Source: Diplonema japonicum
Lineage: Eukaryota > Protista > Euglenozoa: Diplonemea
Length of the DNA stretch: 64,000 nucleotides
Direction: 5' to 3'
Assembly: GCA_964019335.1 (NCBI GenBank)
Contig: OZ025705.1
Span: 124,001-188,000, forward strand
Numbering within the stretch: the first letter of the stretch is position 1; the number at the start of each line of letters is the position of its first letter. Shown here piece after piece: positions 33,714 through 45,754 of the stretch. The position numbers were made by a program, and so were the translations under genes. The notes beneath the pieces are model-generated. The model searched no databases, was not told the origin of the DNA, and saw only the letters and a list, made by a program, of their open reading frames with translations.

Positions 33714-36700
33714 TTAGATCAGTGGTCCTGTTATGAAAACATTACATGTGGGACATGTTGCTTTTTGCTCGACCTGGTTTTTTTTTAATTCCCCCCCCCC
33801 ACGAAATCTCAAACATACCCATTGGCCCAAGCAGGCAGCATGGTGCACGTGCATGCAATTCAACGCCACGACCATGTCATCTTTAGTGAACTGCCCTAGA
33901 CAGATGCAGCAGTCGGGGTTGCTGGTGAGCTCCATTATCATCTGTTTTAAAAAAAAAGAAATGAAAATATAAAAAAAAAACCAATACCCTCCCCCCAAAA
34001 AAAAACATACATCCGTGTAGGGTTGCGGTCCGAGCTCCTCGATGAACGAGGCGCTGTCCCCGGGGTGGTGGTGGTGGTTGTCAGGCTCGCTGTTGTCAAG
34101 GCCCAACAGGGCGGCATGATGGTCGTTGTCAATGCAATTGTCTCCGAAGTTCTGATCGGTGTTGTCCGTGGCGCGTTCTTCTTCAGGAGGGTTCAGGCCT
34201 TGGTCCACAGGCGACACGGGGTCCCACTCAGTACGGATGACGATTCCCCGTTCACGAGACACATTTTGTTCCGGTTTGACAGGCCTCAAAGGTGTTATGT
34301 TGTCCATGGTTGGCTTGTTGTTAATCAGCTCCAACAACGGAGCAGAGGGCTCGACAGTTGTTGCGGGAGCTTCGTCTGGATCGTCGGCTGTGTGTTTGAA
34401 CGCGATCAGACAGTCTTGTTCGAATTTGAATGGAGCGCCCAGTACTGGACGGCTGTCTTCCCCATTCTCGGGGGGTTCGGTGTGCCGCCAGAACACCTTT
34501 TTGTTGCTTGCTCTGTCGGCCCCTTCCGCTGGGACCTTGAGGTGCACTTTTGCGACGCGAACCTCGGTGTGGTTCTCAATCCCGTGCAGCTCCGCTATTT
34601 TCCTTTGAAGCTCTGTCGCTGTCGTTCTCTTTGAGATCACCAGCTCTTCCGTCTCGCTGTACGTGTCTGTTTTCGGGTAATACCGCTGCACTACAAGGAA
34701 CAAGGACATTTTAGCGAGTTTCTGTATTTTTTTCTTCTTTTTTTTTTTTTTGTTGTTGTTGTACCTCGCCCTCAACACCCTTTTCGATCACCACGTTGAT
34801 CCTCTCGAGCTGCACCGGGATGCACTCTTTCCAAGTCTGTTCCAGCAGTGCTTTTTCAAACCGATTCTTCTTGTCCTTTTCCATTTTGCGAACCCTCATA
34901 TTCTCCTCCGTGATCCCAAGAGACGACACCTTTTTTCTTTTGGAGGGGGGGAGGAAAACAAATTACAAACCTCTTCTTTTTGAGCCATCGCCTTCTTGAA
35001 ATCTGCAAGCAACGCTGTCGATTTCGCAACCATTTTGCACACGAAGGTCGCGTTACCCTGCGTTTTTTTTTTTTTTAATTTAATTTAATTTACCCTCCCC
35101 TCTTTCCCCCTATACCGGTTTCTTCTTCAAGACGTAAACCTCAACTGCCATTTCGTCCTCATCCAAAGGAGCCTCTTCAATCACTGTGACCTTGACCTCT
35201 TTAGTACACTCCAGGGTTGTGTGGGCGTAGGCTTGGATAGGTTTTTCGGGTACTTTGAGAACCCTACCGGTGGGGGCTGAGGCGTCACGAAGTATAAAGG
35301 TACCGGGATCGAAATCGTGGGCGGAGGCGATGAGCTGGCGAAGATCCTTGGTCGGGGTTAGCAATGGTGTCCGAAGGATGTTCTGGAGAGGCACCAGATC
35401 CCCAGGAAGTGTGTATTTCACAGTGCAGAGCTTTCGGCTGTTGACCTCATTGACAGCACGGTAAGGGGAAGGCGGGATGTTGCCACACTGCCGTATCAGC
35501 GCAGGGTCGGTTACGTCAGCAGCGTAGTCCGCGGACTCCACGAATATGACATCAGAGCAAGATATGTCATGTGTGAGGTCTATCGACGCCAGGAGGAACG
35601 CCTGTCCTTTTTCTACCTTCTCCATCCCGGGTTCAAACAGAACCACCGGTGTGTGCGCACCTCTTGTTTTGGTAACAACCAGTTTGTTGAGGCCGATTCC
35701 GGTCAATTTGCAGATCTGCACAACCATCTCGTACAGCTTCGCGTAGCCCTGCAGGACGATGCACTGCCGTTCTGTCCTGAAGGCTTCCTCCGGGCTGTAA
35801 ACGGACAGGAACACCTTTATGTCTTCTTCGAGTTCTCCGAACTCCGGGTCGCTGTCCTCCCGAGTCTCCAACACCACTGCCGTTAACGGTGCCAAGCGTG
35901 TGTCCTCGACGAGTGCTTTGGTGACGTTGAAGTTAATCGTTTTCCCTGCGACGCCTTTGGATTCCGTGTAGTACCTCAGTCGTATCTTGTCCGGTGATAG
36001 TGTCGTGATGTCCATGTCAAGCGCCTCTGCGCATTTTATTGTTGCCTCCCACACGGTGTCGCCCTTCAGAACAGTCACCCATTTGGTGGGGTTGCACAGT
36101 TTCAGCTCGACCAGGTCCTTTACCTCGTCGTACTTGCTGACCATCTCTTGGAACTCCCCCGCTTCCGACTCCACTGTGGTCCGGAGGTATTCTGGGAGGG
36201 TGCGCAGTACTTGCTCGGTTTGCGAAGAGCCACGCAGCCGGTACACTGCCATGTAAGGGTACATCCGTGACGTCACGCCGGGGAGCTTGGAGTTGTAGTG
36301 GTTGTTGTTCAACGACTGCGCAGCGTTCATCATGGCAGGGGAAGGGGACGGACCGTACTCGTGGAAGATGGGCACGCCAGTTGCAGCGTTGTCATCGTTG
36401 AAGGGGAAGTACATGGAGCAGTCGACCGAGCCGTCAGAATCCTCGCGAGGAAGAGGGGCAGTAGGGGCGGGAGCACAAGGAGCTGTGGGAACACAAACCT
36501 CACCAACGACAGGTTCTGTGTTGGTAGCTGGGGGTGCACGGCGGACCTTGACCTGGTGTAGACAGTCATGCGCGACAGCTTCGTACCATTCCTCTTCTTT
36601 GTTGATCTCCGCACCGTCCACAGTGAGCACCACGTCGTTCAGGTTCAGAGGGCACTTCTCAATGGAGTCCACTATGACCACACCGCCTCCTTCTTTAATC

Positions 36701-38118
36701 TTTGCCTGCGGTATTTCATTTCCCATACTCTTCCAGTTGTACTCCACTGCAACCAACGGCCCCGCCGCCGATTGTTCACCTTGTGATGCTGCCTTCGCAA
36801 CAGAGAACTGTTCCTGCCACGCTGTCGGGTCGAGACACTCCTTCAGAGCGTCCTCCTCGGCCTTTGTCACCCATTCATCGTTGAAGCAATACCAGTCTCG
36901 TTTACCTTCTTGAAGCTCTCTGATGTAAGCGATGTAATGCCCGGACGAAGTGGTCCCGCGGTGGGCGAGGACGGAGAAGAGTTCGTAGGTGTGGTGGTCG
37001 AGGAAGGAGTGGAGGACATTGAGGATGTCGGTAGGCAGACGGATGTTCCTTCTGCCGAGGCAAAGACAAAGATACGTCAATTGTGTGAAGTCAGAAAGGG
37101 AAGGAGAGGGAACATGGTGGGAGAGGTTGAGAACGTGAGGAATCTGCACATCGTCGTAAACCTTCTCTCGTTTAAGGGTCGTGAAGTCGAAGTCGAAACG
37201 GCGCATCTGGACGGTGAGGATAGGGGGAAGCGTTTTGAAACGCAAGCCTTTCATCGAGTCTTGGTTCTTCGCGCACTTGTCGCAGAATATACTGTTTCCG
37301 CCTGTCATTTCCTCCACTTCAACAAACTTTTCCAAAGCCTCTTCCAACGAGGTGGTATCCTTAACAGTCACGGTGACATCTTGGAATGTGTCAACACGTT
37401 CTCTCCGTTCACCGCAAACCTTGCATTCGATGTAGTCAGACAAGGTCCCTTCGAAAAGCCTGACGAGGAAATTGTTTCCAGTGTTCAAGTGATCGACATA
37501 TTTTTGAAGAGCTTCGAAGAGAACGCGGTTCAGCTCTTGAACATCGTGCTGCGCGAAGTGATGTGATGATGTCCATCTGAAGGATTTTGTCAATGCTTTG
37601 GTTTCTACAGCGCTCTTTGTCGAATAGCCCATTCTCATGAAGAGAAGCTGGAGCTGATAAGGGACGTTTAGATCGGTCCGCATCTCTTCCGGGATTTCCC
37701 ATTTCAAAATATTTTGTCGGAAGTCGGCCGACATGAAAAGGGTTTGGAGGAGAGAATTCATATAGCACGTGGCTCCTTGGTTCAGCAGTCCAACGTGCGA
37801 ATCCTTTACTTGGACTCTATTTTTGAATTTGCTGCGTATTTGATAGGATGTGGGCAGAGCGGTTGGGTCGTTCCCTCCTGAGATGCTCTGGTAAGCGGGG
37901 TCGCCTTTTGCTTTTCTGACGTTGTACTCTTCCAGCATGTGTTGGTCCTCTTCCTTTATCGTCCCGAACTGAACCTTCTTCTTCTTAGCACACGGAACGT
38001 CGTCCTCCATGTTGTCCGGCACCCTCGTGCAGTTCTCCTCATGCGCGCTTAGCAAGTCCAATGTGAACATTCCTTTGCACACCGTGCACTCCGCTTCTGG
38101 CATTGCACCATCATCCAT
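33714..38118 (-). CDS. USP (C19) deubiquitinase, USP47/USP40-like, fused to a C-terminal RING-H2 finger; 6 exons, ~1380 aa
   Basis: Cys box GLLNQGATCYMNSLLQ, QHDVQE, His box HRGTTSSGHYIAY..WYCFND. Phase-0 introns 35058-35115, 34930-34970, 34722-34764, 33942-34010, 33774-33818 restore a continuous frame ending CCICLGQF..LNCMHVHHAACLGQWVEQKATCPTC. Confidence 0.82.
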
Positions 38119-38909
38119 TTATTCCCTTTTTTCTTTTTTTTCTTTTTTTTTTTCTTTTGTTTTTGTGTGTGTGCGTGTGTTTTTTTTTTTTGTTTTTTTT
38201 TTTTTATACCACCCACCTCTGCTGATGGGTTCTTTTGTTGAAAAAAAAAAAACACAAAAAAAAAAAAACAGATATAAAGGGGGAATAGGTACCGTGTATG
38301 CTTTTCTTTTCTTTTTTCTTCTTCTTTTTATTCGCTCTTTAATAACGTATTTTGAGCCCTTCATTGGAAGGTGGGATCAGTTGATGGTGGGATAAAAAAA
38401 AAAAAAGAAAGCGATTCCCACCGAAGGGGGGATCTTTGAAAGTAAAAACTTCGGAAAAAAAAAAACTCTGCTAGGCTTTTTGTGAGAAAGAAAAACGGGG
38501 ATAGCGTGGACAGACAGGTGGTCACATGACCATACCCCCCCTCTTCCCTTCGATTGTCTTTTCTTTTCCCCCCCCTTTTTTTTTACATCCCTCCTTTTCC
38601 CCCCATGTATTTTTCATTCTTCTTTATCCTCCCTTCCCGTTTATTCCTATGTGTTTTAACGCCCGGTTGACGCCATAAAAAGAAAAGTGGGGGACCACTA
38701 CGGTTGGAGGAAGAAAAAAAAAAGAAAAAAAAAAAACCTTGTGAACAAAGGAAAAAAAAAGATCCTATAAAAACAAGAAACGAACGATTGCCTTTTTTTC
38801 TTTTTTTTTTTCCCCTCTTTTTTTAAAGGAAAAAAACGGGAAAAAATCAGGTGGGAGGGGCACCCTGGACCATCGAGGTAAACCTTGGCTAGCCTACCCT
38901 CTGAACCAG

Positions 38910-38938
<29 letters not shown>

Positions 38939-38944
<6 letters not shown>

Positions 38945-39564
38945 GGCCATTTCGGCAGTGAATTCCTGCCTTTTCAACCTTTTCTTTTCCTCACGCGCGG
39001 CCTCTCTGCTCTGGAGCAGCGCTTCGTCGTCGTTCATAGTGGACGTCCGCTGTGGTAAAGTTTTTTTTTCCGTTTTTCTTTTCTTTTTTTTTTTTTTTTT
39101 TCCCTTCATACCATCCTCTCAACCTGCGGGGAGGCGGGTTGATGTTTGGCTTCGGCCTTGAGCCTTCTGACGTCTGAGGTGGCAGAACGCTGGGACAGGG
39201 CTGTTTCGCTGCCCGGTCCCGAGAATGCCTTGGCGTTCACAACTTTCATGTTATTTTCAAGGTGCTGGAGCCGGTTCTTAAGCTGGCTGATCAGCTTGTC
39301 CTTCTCACCGTCTTGCGCCTCTGAGGTAACAGGAAACACAACCCTTACCTTCCCCTTCTCCTTGAAGACGGTGCTGTCATCCGCGTCCACATATTCACCG
39401 AAGTCCGTGTCAAAGGCCTCCAGCCTCACCGCCTTCCCCAACCCTTCTGTCTCGAATACTTTTTCCGCCGCCTTCATCACCTCAGCAACATTTGCGTCGT
39501 TCTCCACCGTGATCTTCTTCTTCCTCTCCTGCCCGCGGATCTCTGTGCAAGCCAGTAACAACAT
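38939..39564 (-). CDS. hypothetical protein with N-terminal ubiquitin-fold (PB1/CIDE-N-like) region and coiled coils, 2 exons
   Basis: Exon 39564-39112, phase-0 intron 39050-39111 (62 nt), exon 39049-38939 (RTSTMNDDEALLQSREAAREEKKRLKRQEFTAEMAI*). Confidence 0.65.
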
Positions 39565-39699
39565 ATTATATTTTTTTTTTTCTCCTTCTTTTGTATCCTT
39601 ATTTTTCTTTTGTTTGTTTGGATTTTTTTTTTTTTTTTTTAACGCTGGGACGAGAAAAAAAATATAAGGGAGAAAAAAAAAAACTACCCCTTTTTTTTT

Positions 39700-41816
39700 T
39701 CATTCACCCTCTCCATCATTGGCCTGTGATGCACTCTCGATGCCAACTTTTTGTGATGCTCGCGTACGTCTCTGAACAAAAAAAAAAGGTTGATTTATAA
39801 AAAAATAAAAATACCTTCGTCGAAAGATGCTGCTCCAGCTCTGTATCCGATATCGTCCTGTTCAGCTTGGTCATGTACGGTGGGAGCTGCGCTTCCTGTT
39901 TTTTTTTTTTTTTTCCCTTAATTTTCCCCATTTTGTTGTACCATCGCCAAGTGAGGCCTCGCACGGTTCTCATAAGCGGTAACCGGGGGTGCGAATTCCC
40001 CATTGCCATCATAGTCCGCAGACAACGCATTAGCAGGCCGGCCCAGTTGGGGGACAGTGGTGTATGGATCGGCTGTACCCGCGACAGCGGGAGGACGCTG
40101 AGGAACAGGCTCGTATTGACCTTGCATTTCTTGAAGCTGCTTGGGGACCTCGTCGTCAAGAGGGGACGCGGGGTAGTTGAATTTCAGTTTGGTGGTCAAC
40201 CCCTTGATGCTCCCGCCCATCGCCTCGAAAATTCTATTGTATGTCCGTGTCTCTAACTGCAGACCCCGCGCAAGCATTTCCTGAAACAAGGTGTGCGTCA
40301 ACAAAGGGTCCTTGCAGTGCGCTAACATCAGCTCATACGCTGTAACAGACGGGTTGCCGCCTGATTCGGGCCCGAAGTGTTCGGAAAACAGGTACATCGC
40401 ATCGGAAAAGCTACCCGGGTTCATGACGTACACCCTCAGTATGCTCAAAGGGATCCTGCTCTCCTCCATCCACAAGTATTCAGGGTGGTTGGCCGCGAGA
40501 TATCTGTAGATAAGCTGCACCTCGTGAAGACGTTTTCCCGACAGCATGACCTGCACGAAATTCAGGTAATCCTCGTAAGTGACTCTTATACCGTGTGCCA
40601 CCATGAACTTCCATAGCCTGACGGCAGCCTCGGGGGAACATCCTGTTAATGCTCTTGCAAAGAAAATCCTGGGTATCCCTGCAAGACCTTCTGTGGAGAT
40701 GACACGACCGGCCTCTTCTTGGAGGGTTTGCAGCATGTAGTCCAGTACCTCCTGGTCGTTCGACATGTCGACGTTTCTTGTAAGAAGTGAGACGATTTCC
40801 AAGTATGACAGCAGGCCGATGCGGGTCCCACCGGTGGTGAGTTCTAGGAAGATTCTGATGGCGCGTTTTGGGTCGTTCGCCGCCTTGCAGTTGCTGAACA
40901 TCGCGTAGCAGACGTCCTGCGGGACGTCCTTGACACCGTACTGTTGTTTCAAGGCCTCGTATAAAAACTCAAACGCAACGGGCCGAAGCGACGACAGACC
41001 AAGCTGCAGCATCATGTGGCTCCATATTTCGGTTGTCACCATGTTTTTACCACGCGCCTTCGCCCAAAGAATTAGAATGTCACGTTCGCACGCTGGCGCG
41101 GTTGGCTCCACCGCGAGCAAGAACGCCCGTTCATAGTGAAGCGGTGTCAGCCACTCGGGTTTGGTCATCTCGAGTTCGTCGAGCCAGATTAAGGCCTCCA
41201 TCCCTGTGGGGGATTTTGTAATAACCTTCAGATACGCATCCGAGCTGGGTAGTGTCGTTTTTGTGTTGCCGTGTCGCTGACGGATGGAAAGCGCGTTTTT
41301 TTCAAGCGTTTTAACCCTGTTGTCCAAAGCTGTGAGGAACTCGGTCATGTCCTTTGCACCGCTGTCTAACAATGGTGTGTTTCTCTCTCTGTCTTCGAGT
41401 GCTTTTTGGGTGACGTCGTCTAGCATAACGGGGGGTTCTAGGCCAGTTGCCTCGGACAACACCGATGACTCTTGCAACCATTGTTTCGGGACTTGTCCTA
41501 GAAGGTTCCCTGCGTACTCCATTGTTTTCTGTTGCATCTCCTCTTGAGTCAGCTGTTTTGGGACCTCGCGAAGCCGCATTTTCCGGGCGGTTTTTTTCTT
41601 CTTTTTCCTTTGTTTGACCTCCTCCGCCGTGTTTTTGTCCCGTTCGAGTTTGTTCCCCTCCTTCATCGCGTCCTTTAAAAGATCCTGTTGTTCTTGCCGT
41701 TTTGCATTCTTTTGCTCTTTCGTCTTCCCGATATCCACTTCATCCAAAACCGGTGCACGTTTTATCCCCCCCCACGACCGGGGTCCTGCCAGTAACCATA
41801 TTGTCCGCCTGATCAT
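39700..41816 (-). CDS. mitochondrial PPR-like helical repeat protein, 3 exons
   Basis: Presequence-like MIRRTIWLLAG; PPR-like PSVTAYELMLAHC...LFQEMLARGLQLETRTYNRIF; introns 39896-39941 and 39772-39814 (last exon less certain). Confidence 0.7.
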
Positions 41817-42093
41817 ATTTGTTGTTTTCTAAACAATCATTTTCTTGTGGGGGAGGGGGGGTTTTTTCAACACCAATAGATTACCCCCTTTTTTCTTTCT
41901 TCAAAACTCTTTAAAAAAAACCAAAATATTAAAAAAAAAAAAAAAAAAAAAAATGGAGAGTTTTAAGAGGGATATGCATACAAGCCGTGTAAAATAGCTA
42001 ACCCGCAAACCCGAAAAATCAGAGAGGCTGTTTCGTTTCCACCAGGAGATCTTCGATCATTTGAAACGTTGGCAGTTGAACGTTCTGGGGGTT

Positions 42094-44334
42094 TTAATGG
42101 CAGTCCCCGTTGGAAGAGATGACAGTGTGGCCCGTGGAGGGCAGCGTGCAGTGCACTTCAATGGGATGTGTTTTGTAGAAGGTGAGAACGACCTCCTCAC
42201 GAGGAGCCCCCTTCACGGTTGCTGAAAGGCTGTCCCCGTTCGCGGCTACGGAGGCGATGCGCTGAGCAGAGACGGGGACCCACTTGGCTAGCTCTCCCAG
42301 CAGCGCCCACCCGTTCCCCTTTACAGGCGCAATGTACACAAGGTCGAAGTCGTTGCTTGTTGGAACTGCCTTCAAAGGAATCACACCAGTGGCAGGGTCC
42401 AACACCACTGCAACAAGTCCTTGAAAAGATGTCGTATTCCTGCTGTAGAAGACACTTTTACCAGTCACCCCAACCGTCCTGTCCAGAGTCAGTTCTGAAG
42501 GCTTCAGGTTGTACTCGGCAGTCACCATCGAGAGCACGACGTCGTACCTTTCAGCGTCGACTGTGGAGTAGGTGGACCACACATGCCCCTCGGGGCCCGT
42601 CCCGCCCGCTCGTTTGTATATGTACGAGTCAAGGTACGTTGCGGGCCTTGACGGCCTCAGTAGCGTGCCGTCCGCCATGCACGCCCTCATGATCAACGGC
42701 TTGTTCATGTACTGCACACCGTCTGCAGGTGTGACAGGCCCGTTGGACAGTGTTGCTATGGCGGCGGCTCTCCACACGTCGGGGATTAGGCTGGCGCCGC
42801 ATGACCCGCCGGGCTCGCATGTCGATGTCCAAAAGCTGTCCTTGAAGGGAGCTAGGGCTACTGCATGCGCCAGGATCGAGGACCCGCCGATGTTCCAGTT
42901 CGGCGGTGCTTCGTTGTTGCTGGGGACGTAGTCGCCGCTGGTTCTGACTTGCGTCACGACAGGGATCTCGACTGACTGCAGCACGTGGCGTGCGTACGGC
43001 ATGCAGTACTGTATGGTCAGGCCGTTGTCCGCAGCTGCGGAACCCATTTGCATGAGCCAGTCCCTCGCCATCGTGGCGCTCCTCTGCAGGTACGGTACAC
43101 CGTTGAACTCGGTGAACAGCCAGTCCTGCTCGTACGTGGTCAGCCCCCACTCTTTTCCGCCCGTCAACAAAAAGTCCCAAAAATCTTGCGTCAGCGGGAC
43201 AACATAATGCTCGGAACCGTCGTCAGAGAACCTGAACCTCCCCCCGTTATCTACGGAGTACGAGGTGCCGTGGTCCCAGAACCTGTTGTGCCCGATCACC
43301 ATCCAGCCTGTCCGCTGCGTGAAATCCTTCAATGCAGCGTTGCCCCCAGGAGGGAAGACAGAGGGCATGGCAGTCCAATTTGTAACACCACCCTGCGTCC
43401 CTTTGAAATACCACCAAGAATCGAGGAGGATGTACTTGTAAGGAATCTGCTGCTCCTGCGCCTGTTTGTAAACAGCGAGCACGGTCTCCCCCATTGTCAT
43501 GTTGCGCTCCGGGTGGTAGTAGTAGTAAGCACCATGGTCTGTGTTGTAGCCCAGGACCTTAAGGATAGGATCAGAATCGCGATGGACCGTGGTCTTCCCG
43601 TGCAGTTTAAGCAATGCGGCCCCCCATGATGTGGCAGCGTTGTTAACACCGGTATCGGAGTAGGAGATGATCGTGGTGACGGAGAAGTTTGCAGGGATGC
43701 TCACGACACCGCCGTTAACACCGGAAGCTATGCTACCATCGACGGACTCAAAGCTCTGTGCCATGAACTGGCTTCCATGCGAGAGGACAATGGCGTCCTT
43801 CGTTGCGGTGTTGAAAATAACGTGCGGTCCACCACTCCTCCCTGTGGAGGTAACTTGCGGCCACGGTCCGATGGCTGGCCCTTCATCATTGTTATTTGTG
43901 AAGTCTCCACCCCAAGCTAGACACCCAAGGTTGAGCCCAACTACTGGATTCAGTTTGAACACAGGGAACCTCGAACTCGTAGTGTTGGATGAGGTACTGG
44001 AATTGCTTTGTTCCATGCCGGTTATAAAGTGTGTTGTGAAGCTGACGAGGTCTCTGGTGTTGTATTGTCTTATGCTTCCGTTCACAGTGTACGAGTTTGT
44101 TGTGAAGGCAATCGTTGTTTCGTTGTAGCTGCCTAGCGTGTCGGCCCCTTGTGTGGGATTGTGTACAATGGGTTCGGGCGAAGACCAAGCGCCCCCTTCG
44201 TGAAATTCTGTCTTCCCGCTTGCTAGCCATTGTCCCCCGTTGACGAGCACGGTGTATCCCCCGCTCGGTTCGATCCTGACCTCCAACCCACAGTGAACCA
44301 CCACTATGGCCGACAGGAGGGTTGCCAGACGCAT
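42094..44334 (-). CDS. secreted glycoside hydrolase-like protein (TIM-barrel, clan GH-D/GH31-36-like)
   Basis: Signal peptide MRLATLLSAIVVVHC; GYNTDHGAYYYY, ILLDSWWY, TYEQDWL, IQYCM, QVRTSGDY, ATLSNGPVTPAD; intronless. Confidence 0.7.
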   Translation of the reverse strand: MRLATLLSAIVVVHCGLEVRIEPSGGYTVLVNGGQWLASGKTEFHEGGAWSSPEPIVHNPTQGADTLGSYNETTIAFTTNSYTVNGSIRQYNTRDLVSFTTHFITGMEQSNSSTSSNTTSSRFPVFKLNPVVGLNLGCLAWGGDFTNNNDEGPAIGPWPQVTSTGRSGGPHVIFNTATKDAIVLSHGSQFMAQSFESVDGSIASGVNGGVVSIPANFSVTTIISYSDTGVNNAATSWGAALLKLHGKTTVHRDSDPILKVLGYNTDHGAYYYYHPERNMTMGETVLAVYKQAQEQQIPYKYILLDSWWYFKGTQGGVTNWTAMPSVFPPGGNAALKDFTQRTGWMVIGHNRFWDHGTSYSVDNGGRFRFSDDGSEHYVVPLTQDFWDFLLTGGKEWGLTTYEQDWLFTEFNGVPYLQRSATMARDWLMQMGSAAADNGLTIQYCMPYARHVLQSVEIPVVTQVRTSGDYVPSNNEAPPNWNIGGSSILAHAVALAPFKDSFWTSTCEPGGSCGASLIPDVWRAAAIATLSNGPVTPADGVQYMNKPLIMRACMADGTLLRPSRPATYLDSYIYKRAGGTGPEGHVWSTYSTVDAERYDVVLSMVTAEYNLKPSELTLDRTVGVTGKSVFYSRNTTSFQGLVAVVLDPATGVIPLKAVPTSNDFDLVYIAPVKGNGWALLGELAKWVPVSAQRIASVAANGDSLSATVKGAPREEVVLTFYKTHPIEVHCTLPSTGHTVISSNGDCH

Positions 44335-44846
44335 TTCTTTAAGATTTCCTCTTTTTTTATTTTTATTTTTTTTTTTTAAAGGTGGTTGACAAGAAAAAAA
44401 AAAAAAAAAAAAAAAAGCGAAGAGGCTGGGGGAAAGAAAATTCAAAAGCAAAAAGAAAAAAAAAAAAAACGGGCATGAGAGTGTCATATTTGCTACAATA
44501 TAAGACCTGCTCTTCAAAAAAAAAAAAATGGGAGAGGGGGGGAAGGGAGGGTGTATTGTGAAAAAGAATCAAGGGGAGGGGAAGGTGAGGGTGAAAAAAA
44601 AAACACTTTTTCTCGCTTTTTTTTTTTAAGACCTTCTTCTCATGGGTTTTTTATCCTCGTTTCTTTTTTCTTTTTTTTTTCTCATTCTCCTTCTCTCCCT
44701 CATTGTATCTGTTCAAGTTCTTTTTAAAAAAAAAAAAGGGGGAGAATAAAAAAATCTCAGAAAAGGAAAAAAAAAAAAAAAAAAAAAAAAAAAACACTAA
44801 AGGGACATTAATACACTTTCTCTCTCCCCTTTTTAAAAAAAAAAGA

Positions 44847-45390
44847 TCATTCTTTTCCCAGCTCCGCCAATTGTTTGAGGAAATCAGTCCCGGTAACAAG
44901 CTCGGTGGCACCATAGACAACAGTCTTGTCTCGGTTTTCGGGGAGGGCTTCCCACTGCTTGAGATCCTCGAATTCGGTGTAGTTGCCGCCTCCAATGACG
45001 AAGAGCATAGCGGTGTTGAATTCAAAGGAGGAAAGGGTTAAGGTCTGGCCCGTCTTCGGATCGACACAATCGAGCTCCGATTTCACCTTGCTGCGGTCAT
45101 CCGAACGGGCACCCAGCACGGCGTCGACAAGCTTAGTGTGTGGGAGTAAGCTGTCCTCCGACCCCTTCACCGCCCGTACCGCATTGTTAAATAATTTCTT
45201 CCCCAAGACCATGCCTGCATTCCGCCCTTTTTCCTGCCTCGGTACCGTGAAAGATCTAATCTTTTTCAAGTATTTGAAAGCATTTCCCAGACTGGTCTGC
45301 GCCGTCTCTCCTTCAACCTCCGGCTTCTCTTCTTTTTCGAACTCTTTTACGTATTTCTCGCGAGAGTCCTTTTTTTTTTTTTTTTTTTTT

Positions 45391-45422
<32 letters not shown>

Positions 45423-45714
45423 CTTACCTCATCCTCGCACAACAGATAGTGTACCAATGCCAACCGCAGTCTCTGTGCCTCGTCGCTTCTTCCTTTCACC
45501 AGTTCGGCTATTTTCTTCTCTTCGAACTCGCCGCTTCGAAGCATGGCCATCCCCACCCCCGAGAACTCGTCTAGCTTTCCGTCTTTCACAACATCTGACA
45601 ACCTGGTGTGCAGGGTTGTATGTGTAGCTGCGAAACGATGGCGGTCGCTCTGCTCCGTTGCGGATTCCATGACGCGCATGAGCGCCTCGGCTTGGTCTTC
45701 CGTGCGGTCTTGTT

Positions 45715-45754
<40 letters not shown>

